DNA from: Phycisphaerae bacterium
GTDB taxonomy: Bacteria > Planctomycetota > Phycisphaerae > UBA1845 > Fen-1342
NCBI GenBank assembly: GCA_050115495.1
Contig: JASFQK010000027.1
Span: 28,701-92,700, forward strand
Direction: 5' to 3'
DNA: 64,000 bases
The position numbers were made by a program, and so were the translations under genes. Shown here one piece after another: positions 9,228 through 18,929 of the stretch (position 1 is its first letter; every line of letters starts with the position of its first letter). A model generated the notes under the pieces. It saw nothing but the letters and a program-made list of their open reading frames with translations, made no database searches and was not told where the DNA came from.

Positions 9228-11570
9228 CTATGGGGCCGCCGGGGCGGTGGACGTCGTCGGGGCCGAGGTCGACGACGCGCTGAGTCCGGCATCCTCCAGC
9301 GGACGCAGGCAGCGCCAGATGCGGGCCAGTTCCGGCGGGCGCAGGCGGATGACGTCCTCCGGCGGGCGGGCGGCGTCGATGCAGAGCGCCGCCGACAGAT
9401 GCTCGATGGCGATGCGGGCTACGGCGGGATCGTCCGTTTCCTCCCACCAGTGGAACCACGCTTCGCCCGCGGAAATGTGCTTGCGCGGGTTCGTCGGGTC
9501 GAGCTCGGCTGCCGCCTGCCAATACTCCGCGGCCTTCTCGGCGGCGCGAACGGCGTCGTCGGGCTGGGCAGCCAGCAGGCACGGCTCGACGCTGTCTTCG
9601 TAGATGCGGGCCAGGCGGGCGTGAGCGGTGCTGCTGTGCGGGTGGCGGTGCAGGGCGACGAGGGCGAAGTGCCGGGCGCGATCCAGCAGCGTCAACCGGT
9701 TCTCGCCCGAGAAGTTGGGGTTGCGGGCCAGGTACATCGCCAGGCGGCTGACATCGGCGGCGCCGCTCGGGTCGAGCGGATCGGCGTCGACCGCCGCCTC
9801 GCCCAGACGCAGCACGTTCAGGCAGGCGTCGAAGTCGCTGGGATCGAGCGCGCTGGGCTGCATGCGCGCCAGGCGGAACTCGGTCCGCATGGTCGGTACC
9901 GTTACCAGGTACAGGTGCGTGCAGATCAGCAGGCCGGCGGCGAGAACCAACGGCGCCGGCGCCGCATCTCGCGCCGGGCCAGACGCCGGCGCCCGCAGCG
10001 CACACGCCGCCGCCGCCACTGCGGCAAAGAGGCTCCAGCCAGCCGGTGTCAGCAAGGCGAAATCCAGCAGGCCGTGCAGCAGTGCCGCGAGCAGCGCCGC
10101 CGCCAGTCCCGCGGCGAGCCAGCCTTCAGCCGCCGGCGACGTAGCCAACGCCTCGAACAACCGCACGCTCAGTACGAGCACGAGCACCCAGGCCACCGCC
10201 ACCTCGGCCAACCACAGAATGAGCGGCGAGCCTTCCAGCAGCGCCCCGGAGAACAACAGGTGCAGCGGCAGTATGAACGCTGCGGCCGGCAGCATCATCC
10301 CGAGGGTGATCTCCGGCGGATCGCGGGCGGGCGTCGTTACCGCCAATCGCCGCAGCGCGCAGTGCACGCACAACGCCAGCAGCAATCCGGCGCCGAGCAG
10401 CCCGAGCGGCCCCATCTCGACCAGCAACGCCAGCCAGATGTTGTGCGGATCGCGCACGTCCTCGGTGCTCTCCGGCGGCTTGTGCAACAGATAGGCGTCG
10501 ACGAAGTTGTCGCGGCCGATGCCGGTCAGCGGCGCATCCAGATACGCCCGCATCGCCGCCGTCCAGTAGTACCAGCGAAACGCCAGCGACGGATGTGGCA
10601 GTGTGCCGTGGCGCACGCCGAAGGCGGCCGCGCCGCCGATGACCGCGGCATAGCCGACGATCAGCAGCACGGTCACGCGGCCGGCCCACGCGCCGAAGCG
10701 CGTGTGCCACAAGCCGAACACGAGCAAGGCGACGACGCCCATCCCACCGGCGACGATCGCCCCCAGGCTGCCGGTCATCCACAGGGCGACCGCGCTCAGT
10801 GCGGCCATCGCCCCCGCCATCACGCCGGCGGCGATGCGCTCTCCCACCAGTGGAATCACGCGGCTGCCCAGCAGGCCGATGGTCAGGCCGGCGGCGACGA
10901 GGAACGCCGTCGCCAGCAGCGAGCCGGTTACGTTCGGGTGTGCCTGGTAGCCGACGGCTTCGCCCGACTGCATCCGCCGCTCGAAATTCACGAGCATCGG
11001 GTCGTCGGGGGCCATGTCCGGCGGGACGAGCTCTTCCTTGTGCTCCTGCCAGTATTCGAGCAGGTCCTTGTACTCGTAGGTCACTTGCAGGACGCACTTG
11101 ACGCCGGTGGTGCAGGCCGTGGCCAACACGGCTGCCAGCAGTAGTCGTGGCATCCAGGACGCGCGCATCAGGCAAACCAGCGCCGCCCCGGAGAGCGTGG
11201 CGATCCACAGGCTCCAGCCGGTGTTCAGCGCCAGCCGCTTGTTGTTGGCGGCGAAGACCGAGACGACCAGGGCCGCGGCCAGCAGGACGATGGCCACGGT
11301 CACACCGCGGCGGATCATGCCGCGCCGCCACGTGCGGGCCAGCGCCGCGGCGGCGGCGGTCAGCGCCAGCGAGTCGAGCCAGACGGTGACCGCCGGCGAT
11401 ATACCGCCACCGCCCGGGATGAACGGCAGATCGGTGCGCTCGGGTGATTCCGAGATCAGCGGTCGCACGCAGAGCACGGCCAACAGCACGTAGAAGAGCA
11501 GCCGTTCGAGCAGGGGCGACTCGTCGGCGTGGGCCGCGGGCTTGGGCGTGGTCGCGGGTGTTTGTTTCAT
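9228..11570 (-). CDS. O-antigen ligase (Wzy_C)-like membrane protein with C-terminal TPR-like region
   Basis: Multiple TM helices; HPN, TGSLG, RWYYW...PLTGIG.NF and PHNIWL.LLVEMG motifs. Confidence 0.8.
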   Translation of the reverse strand: MKQTPATTPKPAAHADESPLLERLLFYVLLAVLCVRPLISESPERTDLPFIPGGGGISPAVTVWLDSLALTAAAAALARTWRRGMIRRGVTVAIVLLAAALVVSVFAANNKRLALNTGWSLWIATLSGAALVCLMRASWMPRLLLAAVLATACTTGVKCVLQVTYEYKDLLEYWQEHKEELVPPDMAPDDPMLVNFERRMQSGEAVGYQAHPNVTGSLLATAFLVAAGLTIGLLGSRVIPLVGERIAAGVMAGAMAALSAVALWMTGSLGAIVAGGMGVVALLVFGLWHTRFGAWAGRVTVLLIVGYAAVIGGAAAFGVRHGTLPHPSLAFRWYYWTAAMRAYLDAPLTGIGRDNFVDAYLLHKPPESTEDVRDPHNIWLALLVEMGPLGLLGAGLLLALCVHCALRRLAVTTPARDPPEITLGMMLPAAAFILPLHLLFSGALLEGSPLILWLAEVAVAWVLVLVLSVRLFEALATSPAAEGWLAAGLAAALLAALLHGLLDFALLTPAGWSLFAAVAAAACALRAPASGPARDAAPAPLVLAAGLLICTHLYLVTVPTMRTEFRLARMQPSALDPSDFDACLNVLRLGEAAVDADPLDPSGAADVSRLAMYLARNPNFSGENRLTLLDRARHFALVALHRHPHSSTAHARLARIYEDSVEPCLLAAQPDDAVRAAEKAAEYWQAAAELDPTNPRKHISAGEAWFHWWEETDDPAVARIAIEHLSAALCIDAARPPEDVIRLRPPELARIWRCLRPLEDAGLSASSTSAPTTSTAPAAP

Positions 11571-12676
11571 GGCTCCCTGCGGGGGGGCGATTCGAGGATG
11601 GCGACGACCGCCAGGATCATCAGCACGATGACGGCCACGGTGATCGTACGCGGCAGATCGGCACCGGGCAGCAGCGTGGCAGCCAGGCCGGTCGTGGCGG
11701 TGGCCAGATAGATGGTCAGTACGGCGAGCCGCCGGTCGAGCCCGTGCTCGATCAACCGGTGGGAGAAGTGCCGTTGGTCGCCGCGTAGCGGGTTGCGGCC
11801 CTCGGCGATCCGGATCGAGATCACGCTCGTGAAGTCATAGAGCGGCACGGCCAGCACGACCAGCGGCATGGCCAGCGCGTACGGCGCCCCCGGCTGCCCG
11901 CTCTGGTAGTACGTGGTCAGCACGGAGACCACCGCCAGCATGTAGCCGATCAGCAGGCTGCCGGCGTCGCCCATGAAGATGCGGGCGGGTGGGAAATTGA
12001 ACGCCCAGAAGCCGCCGATTGCCCCCAGAAACAAGCAGGCCAGCGCTGGGACCAGCACCTGCATCGGCTCGGCCAGCAACCCGCACACGGCCAGAAACGC
12101 CATGCAAATCCAGGCCACACCCGCGCTCAGCCCGTCCATGTTGTCCAGGAAGTTCATGGCGTTGATGATGACCACGAACCAACCGAGGGTGAGCAGGATA
12201 GAAAGTGGCCGACCCAGCATGCTGCCCAGGTACACATGGCCGGCGAGGATGACGAACAGACTCACGCCGACGATGACGAATAGCTTGAGGATCGGCCCGA
12301 GCGGCCGCCGATCGTCGAGTAGGCCCAGAAGATGCAACACGAGGCCGCCGGCGAGGATGACGAGGGCCTGTGTGGCTCGGTCGCACAGGCCGCCGACGTA
12401 GGCCCGCACTTCTTCGCCGAACGTTTGCGCTATCCAGGCCTGTGAGACCGTGACCGCCAGGATGATAGCAGCGGTGGCGGGGACCCATGCTGCCAGGAAG
12501 ATGGCCACGCCGCCGCCGTAGGGGACGGGCTCCTTGTGCGACTTATGTCCGCCGGGGCGATCGACGAAGCCGATTCGGCGGGAGATGCGCATGACCAGCG
12601 CCGTCAGCAGCAGGGACAGCACGAGCGAGATGCCCAGCGCCCCAGCCAGGGCCAGCAGGAGGTTCGCGCGGTTCAT
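11567..12676 (-). CDS. MraY/WecA/TagO-family undecaprenyl-phosphate sugar-1-phosphate transferase
   Basis: DRPGGHKSH, GLLDD, NAMNFLDNMDGL, FNFPPARIFMGDAGS and DQRHFSHRL motifs. ATG overlaps the upstream stop. Confidence 0.9.
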   Translation of the reverse strand: MNRANLLLALAGALGISLVLSLLLTALVMRISRRIGFVDRPGGHKSHKEPVPYGGGVAIFLAAWVPATAAIILAVTVSQAWIAQTFGEEVRAYVGGLCDRATQALVILAGGLVLHLLGLLDDRRPLGPILKLFVIVGVSLFVILAGHVYLGSMLGRPLSILLTLGWFVVIINAMNFLDNMDGLSAGVAWICMAFLAVCGLLAEPMQVLVPALACLFLGAIGGFWAFNFPPARIFMGDAGSLLIGYMLAVVSVLTTYYQSGQPGAPYALAMPLVVLAVPLYDFTSVISIRIAEGRNPLRGDQRHFSHRLIEHGLDRRLAVLTIYLATATTGLAATLLPGADLPRTITVAVIVLMILAVVAILESPPRREP

Positions 12677-13251
12677 GCGCCCTCCTTCGGCGGTGCGTCG
12701 TTCCACGCTTCCAGTTGCTTGAGCTGGCTCCGATAACGCTCCCGAACGCCGTCGAAGAACGCGTGATACGTCGTTTGACGATAGTCCGGGTAGGTCCAGG
12801 ACGCCGGTTGCCAGGCACCCTGCGCGAACTGGAGCGTTACTTCGGCGTAGATACCCAGACCGACGTAAATGCGATGGGCGCGGTCCTTCGTCGTGGCGAG
12901 GATCAACCGGGCGAGATCAAGATAACCCGGATCGATGTTCACCGGACGCGGGCAATCCGGGCGGAGGCAGTCGGCGGCGATGGTCTGTTCGAGCTCGTTG
13001 GTGTGCCGCTTGATCTCCGCCAGGGCCTCCGGACGAATCAGCCGCTGGAAGCTGAGGAACCAGCGCCGCAGGCCGGGGCCCATCTCCGGTTCATAGTAGT
13101 CGGTCATGGTGAACGGCCAGACGTCGCTTTCGGTGTCGACGTCGCCGTATTCGCGAGAGAGCAGATGTCGCGCACGCCGCAGCAGATCCTGATCGCCGGA
13201 AAGCAGCCCGATGACGAGCTTGACGGGTTGGGCGGCGCGAGGTCGGGCCAT
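12673..13251 (-). CDS. DUF4416 family protein
   Basis: TDYYEPEMG, RPVNIDPGYL, ATTKDRAHRIY and WTYPDY motifs. Confidence 0.85.
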   Translation of the reverse strand: MARPRAAQPVKLVIGLLSGDQDLLRRARHLLSREYGDVDTESDVWPFTMTDYYEPEMGPGLRRWFLSFQRLIRPEALAEIKRHTNELEQTIAADCLRPDCPRPVNIDPGYLDLARLILATTKDRAHRIYVGLGIYAEVTLQFAQGAWQPASWTYPDYRQTTYHAFFDGVRERYRSQLKQLEAWNDAPPKEGA

Positions 13252-13351
13252 GGCCAGAAGTGTAGCATCGGGTTAGGATGGTGGCGACTGGGGAAGGGGC
13301 GATCCCTGGTCCCGCCGGTTGGCGCGGTTATTGCGGCGCCGAGGTTGACGG

Positions 13352-14584
13352 ATGAATCTGGGCTTATTTGAGGACGGGTACTGGCAGCACCTGTTGCCGC
13401 TGACGTGGCTGCGGGCGACGTTCGAGCTGCGCTGCGGGATGGACCGGCTGGTGGACAAGCTGCGCGGCCATTTCGGCCGTGGACCGGCTCGCGTTTGGGT
13501 GCGGCCGGTGCTGAGCGAGGTCGTCGCCGAACGGCTGCCACTGGCGGAGGTGGAAGGCGGGGCGGAATGGTGCATGCTGAACGGGCGGGCGCTGCTGACG
13601 GCGCCGGTGACGCCGCCGCCGGGCGTGGTTTGGCGGCGCAACGGGTCGGTGGTGGCATTTGGGATTGAGGCGGGGGCGGCGGATAATCTGTCGGCCGAGC
13701 TGTTCCTTGACGAAGAGGCGTTGCACGGCTGGTTGCAGGCGCGGCAGTTCCGCGTCGAGCATGCCCCCGAAGACGTGAAGCTCATCGAGTATCCCTGGAC
13801 GCTCGTGCTGGAGAACGAGGCGGAGCTGGTGCGGCAGTGCCGGGCCGGCGGCGTGCACGAAGGCCGCATCTATCCCGGGGCGCACGTACTGAATCCGGAA
13901 GCAGTGCACGTGGCCCGCGGGGCGCGCATCAAGCCCGGCGTCGTGCTGGACGCCGAGGACGGCCCTATTCACGTGGCTGAGGACGCGCATGTGCAGCCGA
14001 ACGCGGTGCTCGAAGGGCCGTGCTACATCGGTCCAGGCTCGGTGATTCGGCCGGGGGCGACGATTCGGGCGGGCACGAGCATCGGTCCCGTCTGCAAAGT
14101 GGGCGGCGAGATCGAGGCCAGCATTTTGTACGGCTACAGCAACAAGCAGCACGACGGTTTCCTCGGGCACAGCTACGTCGGGCCGTGGGTCAACCTTGGT
14201 GCCGACACAGTGACGAGCGACCTGAAGAACACGTACGGCTCGATTCGCGTGCTGCTCAACGGCGTCGGTGTCGAGACAGGCCAGCACTTCGTGGGCTCGA
14301 TCATCGGCGACTACTCGAAGACCGGTATCGGCACGCTACTGCCCACCGGCTGCGTGATTGGCGTGGCCTCGAACGTCGCTCCGCCGGCGACCGCGCCGAA
14401 GTTCGTGCCGTCGTTTGCCTGGCTGACCGAAGCGGGTCTGGCCGGCTATCGGCTGGACAGGGCGATTCGGCTGGCGCGCATCGTGATGGCGCGGCGTGAC
14501 GTGCACCTGACGGATGCGGAGGTGCGCGTGCTCGAACAGACCGAGCAACTGGCGCGCGAGGTCGAGGCCGCGGGCTGGTCCTGA
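13352..14584 (+). CDS. GlmU-related putative sugar nucleotidyltransferase (NTP_transf_4 plus hexapeptide repeats)
   Basis: LLPLTWLRATFELRCG N-terminus; hexapeptide repeats; NKQHDGFLGHSYVG.WVNLGA.T.TSDLKN. Confidence 0.85.
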   Translation: MNLGLFEDGYWQHLLPLTWLRATFELRCGMDRLVDKLRGHFGRGPARVWVRPVLSEVVAERLPLAEVEGGAEWCMLNGRALLTAPVTPPPGVVWRRNGSVVAFGIEAGAADNLSAELFLDEEALHGWLQARQFRVEHAPEDVKLIEYPWTLVLENEAELVRQCRAGGVHEGRIYPGAHVLNPEAVHVARGARIKPGVVLDAEDGPIHVAEDAHVQPNAVLEGPCYIGPGSVIRPGATIRAGTSIGPVCKVGGEIEASILYGYSNKQHDGFLGHSYVGPWVNLGADTVTSDLKNTYGSIRVLLNGVGVETGQHFVGSIIGDYSKTGIGTLLPTGCVIGVASNVAPPATAPKFVPSFAWLTEAGLAGYRLDRAIRLARIVMARRDVHLTDAEVRVLEQTEQLAREVEAAGWS

Positions 14585-14737
14585 GCGGGCGCGCTTTTTG
14601 CGCGGAGGGTGCGGGGGCTCTTGTCGTCATGCACGTCGGCGGTACACTATGCGCCGTTCGGGATTGGCAATGCGTGTCGCACATCGGCGGAGCGGCTCCG
14701 TCGGGGCAGCCGGGCACGCAAGGAAAGGACGAAAAGC

Positions 14738-15295
14738 ATGTATCAGCGTCTGGTGAGCGCGGTCGCGCTGCTTTCGGGCCTCTGTCTGCTGGCGGGGTGC
14801 AGTGCTTCGGGTGCCGGCCACTCCGGCTTCCACATCGGCAAGAACCTGCTGCGCAAGGACACCAACCTGCGCGTCTTCCTCGACGGCGAACAAGCCAAGC
14901 AGAACAAGTTCAAGAAGGGGCTCTCCGGCTATTCGCCCTTCACCATCAAGGAGGACGTCACCGGCTCGCCCAAGTTCCGCTACGAGATCATCGAGCCGAA
15001 GAAGTTCGGCTTCATCAAGCACGTGACCATGCAGGTCCACCAGAAGTTCGAGGCGGACTTCTCCGATATTCCTGATTACGTGATTCATCCGCGGGACATG
15101 AAGGACCGCGAGGCGAACATGAAGCCCGGCGTCGATTGCGATCTGGGCAACCTCGGCGACCAGTTCCGCATCCTGGACAAGCAGGACAACGAAGTCGAGA
15201 AGGTCGAGTTCGTCCCCGGCATGGAATACCTCCTCGTCTTCACGATCTCGGCGGACAAGAGCGAGACCATCCAGATCTACTTCAAGACCAAGTAG
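14738..15295 (+). CDS. Hypothetical lipoprotein
   Basis: Signal peptide with lipobox LLAGC; AAGGA upstream; strong codon bias. Confidence 0.7.
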   Translation: MYQRLVSAVALLSGLCLLAGCSASGAGHSGFHIGKNLLRKDTNLRVFLDGEQAKQNKFKKGLSGYSPFTIKEDVTGSPKFRYEIIEPKKFGFIKHVTMQVHQKFEADFSDIPDYVIHPRDMKDREANMKPGVDCDLGNLGDQFRILDKQDNEVEKVEFVPGMEYLLVFTISADKSETIQIYFKTK

Positions 15296-15299
15296 CGCC

Positions 15300-15320
15300 A
15301 CGGCTGGGAACAGCCGTTTC
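15300..15320 (+). terminator. Possible terminator hairpin
   Basis: ACGGCTG-GGAA-CAGCCGT followed by only a short T run, just after the stop. Confidence 0.4.
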
Positions 15321-15478
15321 GTGTATGGCGGGGCGACCAGGCCAACAGCCGGTCGCCCCGCTTGTTGCGCCGCCAACCCGCCCGCCCTTGCGGTCCGCCG
15401 TGCTGGACGATATGTGGGGCTTCATGGAACGTCGGGGACGGCGCACGCAGGGCGGGCTCGGCCCGCCGCTCGAGGTAC

Positions 15479-16450
15479 ATGCAGATGGCCCAGCAACGAG
15501 TCGTTCTCACGCGGCGCATGCCACCGCCGGCCGCCGACCTGCTCCGAGCGGCGGACTATGCCGTCGACGTCATCGACCGGGATGATCCCGCCCCCCGCGA
15601 TGAGTTTCTCGCCCACCTGCCCGGCGTCGCCGGGGCCATCACCATGCTCAGCGATCGCGTCGACGCCGAGGCGCTAGAGGCCGCCGGCCCACAGCTCCGT
15701 GTCATCGCCAACTACGCCGTCGGCTTCGACAACGTCGATCTTGAAGCCTGCCGGCAGCGCGGCGTGCGCGTCACCAACACGCCCGGCGTTCTCACGGCCG
15801 CCACCGCCGACCTGACCTGGGCGCTGATTCTCGCCGCGGGGCGGAACATCGTCGCCGGCGACCGGCTGATGCGGGCCGGCGGTTGGCCCGGCTGGATCCC
15901 GACGCAACTGCTCGGCCTGCAGCTCAGTGGCGCCGTGCTCGGCATCCTCGGTGCCGGGCGCATCGGCTCGGCCGTGGCTCGGCGCGCTCTCGGCTTCGGC
16001 ATGCGCGTGCTGTACACCGATCGCAGCGCCAACCCCGACATGGAGACAGCCACCGGCGCGACCCGTGTCGAGCTCGACCGGCTGATCTCCGAATCTGACG
16101 TGCTTTCGCTGCACATCCCGATGGCTCCGGCGCATCACCACCTCATCGGGGCGGCAGAGCTGGCGGCGATGAAGCCCACGGCGATCCTGATCAACACCGC
16201 TCGCGGGCCGATCATCGACGAGGCGGCCCTGGTTGAGGCGTTGCGTACCGGCCGACCGGCCGCCGCAGGCCTTGATGTCTACGAGCACGAGCCACGGCTG
16301 GCGCCCGGGCTGGCCGAACTGCCCAACGTCGTCGTGTTGCCGCACCTGGGCAGCGCGACCACGGCGACGCGGCAGAAGATGTCCCAGATGGCGGCCGAAA
16401 ACCTCCTGGCCGTATTGAGCGGCCGCGAGCCGCCGAATCCCGTAGTCTAG
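15479..16450 (+). CDS. D-glycerate dehydrogenase / glyoxylate reductase (D-2-hydroxyacid dehydrogenase family)
   Basis: VGFDNVD, TNTPGVL, GILGAGRIG, NTARG, LDVYEHEP and PHLGSAT motifs. Confidence 0.9.
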   Translation: MQMAQQRVVLTRRMPPPAADLLRAADYAVDVIDRDDPAPRDEFLAHLPGVAGAITMLSDRVDAEALEAAGPQLRVIANYAVGFDNVDLEACRQRGVRVTNTPGVLTAATADLTWALILAAGRNIVAGDRLMRAGGWPGWIPTQLLGLQLSGAVLGILGAGRIGSAVARRALGFGMRVLYTDRSANPDMETATGATRVELDRLISESDVLSLHIPMAPAHHHLIGAAELAAMKPTAILINTARGPIIDEAALVEALRTGRPAAAGLDVYEHEPRLAPGLAELPNVVVLPHLGSATTATRQKMSQMAAENLLAVLSGREPPNPVV

Positions 16451-16471
16451 GCGGCGTCGGCCGCGGGGGCG

Positions 16472-16981
16472 TTGAGCGTGAAGGGGCACGTACACTACGA
16501 GGCGGCCTTCGAGCACTACCTCCAGGCGCGGCAGATTCCCTACGTCGCCGTCGACGAGGCCAAGAAGGCCACGTTCCGCGACGCCCGGCTGAAGAGCTTC
16601 GATTTCATCGTCTATTCAGCCGAGCAGACAAACTGGCTCGTCGATATCAAGGGCCGCCGCTGGGTCCGCCGGAAGAACCAGCACAAGCCGGCGTGGGAGA
16701 ACTGGGTGACGCAGGACGATCTCGACGGCCTGCGGCAGTGGGAGGAGGTCTTCGGGGTCGGTTTCGGTGGGCTGCTCGTCTTCGCGTACAGCCTCGAACC
16801 GGATGCCGTCCCGCCGCCGGAAGTGGTGCATGCGTTTCGCGATGCGCGCTACGTCTTCGTGGGGGTGCCGCTCGAAGTGTATGCGGAGCACGCCCGCATC
16901 CGCAGTCCGAAGTGGGGAACGGTGAACATGCCGACGCGCGAATACGCCCGGCACGTGCGCCCGATCGCCGACTGGTTGTGA
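16472..16981 (+). CDS. HYExAFE family protein (PD-(D/E)XK-like)
   Basis: N-terminal HYEAAFE, PYVAVDE, KSFDFIV and DIKGRR. Confidence 0.85.
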   Translation: MSVKGHVHYEAAFEHYLQARQIPYVAVDEAKKATFRDARLKSFDFIVYSAEQTNWLVDIKGRRWVRRKNQHKPAWENWVTQDDLDGLRQWEEVFGVGFGGLLVFAYSLEPDAVPPPEVVHAFRDARYVFVGVPLEVYAEHARIRSPKWGTVNMPTREYARHVRPIADWL

Positions 16982-17012
16982 GAAAGCCGAGTGCCGGGCG
17001 CGACGTGCTCGG

Positions 17013-17786
17013 TCACCAGCCCACGACGTTGTAGCCGGCGTCCACGTAGTGCACTTCGCCGGTCACGCCGCTGGACAGGTCGCTGAGCAGGTACAGGCCG
17101 CTCTTGCCGACCTCTTCGCCTTCGACGTTGCGGGCGAGCGGGGCCTTCGTCGGGTAATGGTCCAGGATCTTCGAGAAGCCGCTCACGGCGGAGCTGGACA
17201 GCGTGCGCACCGGTCCGGCGGACAGGGCGTTCACGCGGATGTTCTTCTCGCGGCCGAGCTCGCCGGCGAGGTAGCGCGTCGACGATTCGAGGGCCGCCTT
17301 GCACACACCCATGACGTTGTAGCCGGGGATCATCTTCACCGAGCCCAGGTACGTCAGGCAGAGCACCGACGCTCCCGGGGCCATGTGTTCGAGCGCGTGC
17401 CGGCAGAGAGCCACCAGCGAATACACGCTGATTTCCATCGCCTGAAGGAAATCCGCTCGCGTGGTCTGGTAGAACGGCTTGCTCAGGGCGTCGCGGCTGG
17501 CGAAGGCGATGGCGTGCACGATGAAGTCCAGCGGCCCCATCACCTCGTGGGCCTGGTGCAGCACGGCCTTGATCTGCTCGTCGTCGCTTACGTCGCAGGG
17601 GACGATCAGCTTCGCCCCGATCGGCTCGGCCAGCAGACGTACCCGCCGCTCCATCTTCGGGTTGGGCAGGTGGTTGAACGCCAGGCTCGCTCCTTCGGTA
17701 TGCAATTGCTGGGCGATCTGCCAGGCGAGTGAATAATCGTTCGCCACCCCGAACACGAACCCCTTCTTGCCGTCCATCAAGCCCAT
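17013..17786 (-). CDS. fabI: Enoyl-ACP reductase
   Basis: GVANDYSLAW, YNVMGVCKAALE, VNALSAGPVRT and VTGEVHYVDAG motifs. Confidence 0.93.
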   Translation of the reverse strand: MGLMDGKKGFVFGVANDYSLAWQIAQQLHTEGASLAFNHLPNPKMERRVRLLAEPIGAKLIVPCDVSDDEQIKAVLHQAHEVMGPLDFIVHAIAFASRDALSKPFYQTTRADFLQAMEISVYSLVALCRHALEHMAPGASVLCLTYLGSVKMIPGYNVMGVCKAALESSTRYLAGELGREKNIRVNALSAGPVRTLSSSAVSGFSKILDHYPTKAPLARNVEGEEVGKSGLYLLSDLSSGVTGEVHYVDAGYNVVGW

Positions 17787-17980
17787 GAGACTCTCCAGAG
17801 CTGCCGCGCCGCCGGCGTTGCTGCCTATATGGTATCCGGCTTTCGGCCCGCCGCCGCCGATGCGGCACGGTCAGGATAACCGACCGGACGCGCCCCGCCC
17901 ACGGCCCGCCTTGACGATGCCCGGCCCGCACGCTAGCGTCTGGGTTTTCTCCTTCGATGAGCGCGAGCCGGAGTCGAATC

Positions 17981-18895
17981 GTGCCCTACCACAGCATCGT
18001 CTGCGTCAAGCAGGTCCCCGACACGGCGAATATCACCGGCGAGGCCATGCGTCCCGACGGCACCGTCAACCGCACGGCCCTGCCCGCCGTCTTCAACCCG
18101 GACGACCTCCACGCCCTGGAGACCGCCGTCCGCATCCGCGACCAGTTCGGCGGCCGCGTGACCGTGCTGAGCATGGGACCGCCCAAGGCCGGCGACGTCC
18201 TGCGTGAGGCGCTTTACCGCGGGGCGGACCGTGTGATCCTGCTCACAGATCGCCGCGCCGCCGCCAGCGATACGCTGGCCACGAGCTACATTCTCGCCCA
18301 GGCCATCCGCACGATCGGCGATTACGACTTCGTCTTCTGCGGCCGGCAGGCCATCGACGGCGATACGGCCCAGGTCGGCCCGCAGTGCGCCGAGAAGCTC
18401 GGCCTGCCGCAGGTCACATATCTCGAAGAGGTCGTCGGGCTGGAAGATCGCACTGCCCGTCTGCGCCGCAACGTCGGCAACGGCTGGGAAGTCGTCGAGG
18501 TCAAGCTGCCCGTGCTGGTCACGGTGCTGGACACGGCCGGCGAGGTGCGTCCGCCGGCGGCGAAGCGGGTGATGCGCTACAAGCGGGCCCGCGTGCCGGC
18601 CGAGCTGCTCATCGAGGTCTCGCGCGAGCGGCCCGACGCCACCGATGCACAGAAAGAGGAAGAGACCCTGCGCCGCGCCGAGCATCTGCGCAGCCGCGGC
18701 CTGATGCTCGAAGAGTGGAACCTCGGCGACATCAACGCCGACCTGGCCTGGTGCGGGCTGTCCGGCTCGCCGACCAAGGTCCACCGCGTGCAGTCGATCG
18801 TGCTCACCAAGCAGGGTTACACCGAGATTTCCCCGACCGACGACGGCATCCGCCGGCTGATCCAGGAGCTCGTCGTCGACCATACGCTGGGCTGA
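17981..18895 (+). CDS. etfB: Electron transfer flavoprotein beta subunit
   Basis: VCVKQVPDT, SMGPP, SDTLATS and GRQAIDGDTAQVGP motifs. GTG start assumed. Confidence 0.93.
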   Translation: MPYHSIVCVKQVPDTANITGEAMRPDGTVNRTALPAVFNPDDLHALETAVRIRDQFGGRVTVLSMGPPKAGDVLREALYRGADRVILLTDRRAAASDTLATSYILAQAIRTIGDYDFVFCGRQAIDGDTAQVGPQCAEKLGLPQVTYLEEVVGLEDRTARLRRNVGNGWEVVEVKLPVLVTVLDTAGEVRPPAAKRVMRYKRARVPAELLIEVSRERPDATDAQKEEETLRRAEHLRSRGLMLEEWNLGDINADLAWCGLSGSPTKVHRVQSIVLTKQGYTEISPTDDGIRRLIQELVVDHTLG

Positions 18896-18929
18896 TCCAC
18901 CCGCCGGCCATTGCCGCTACGGAGGCAGG

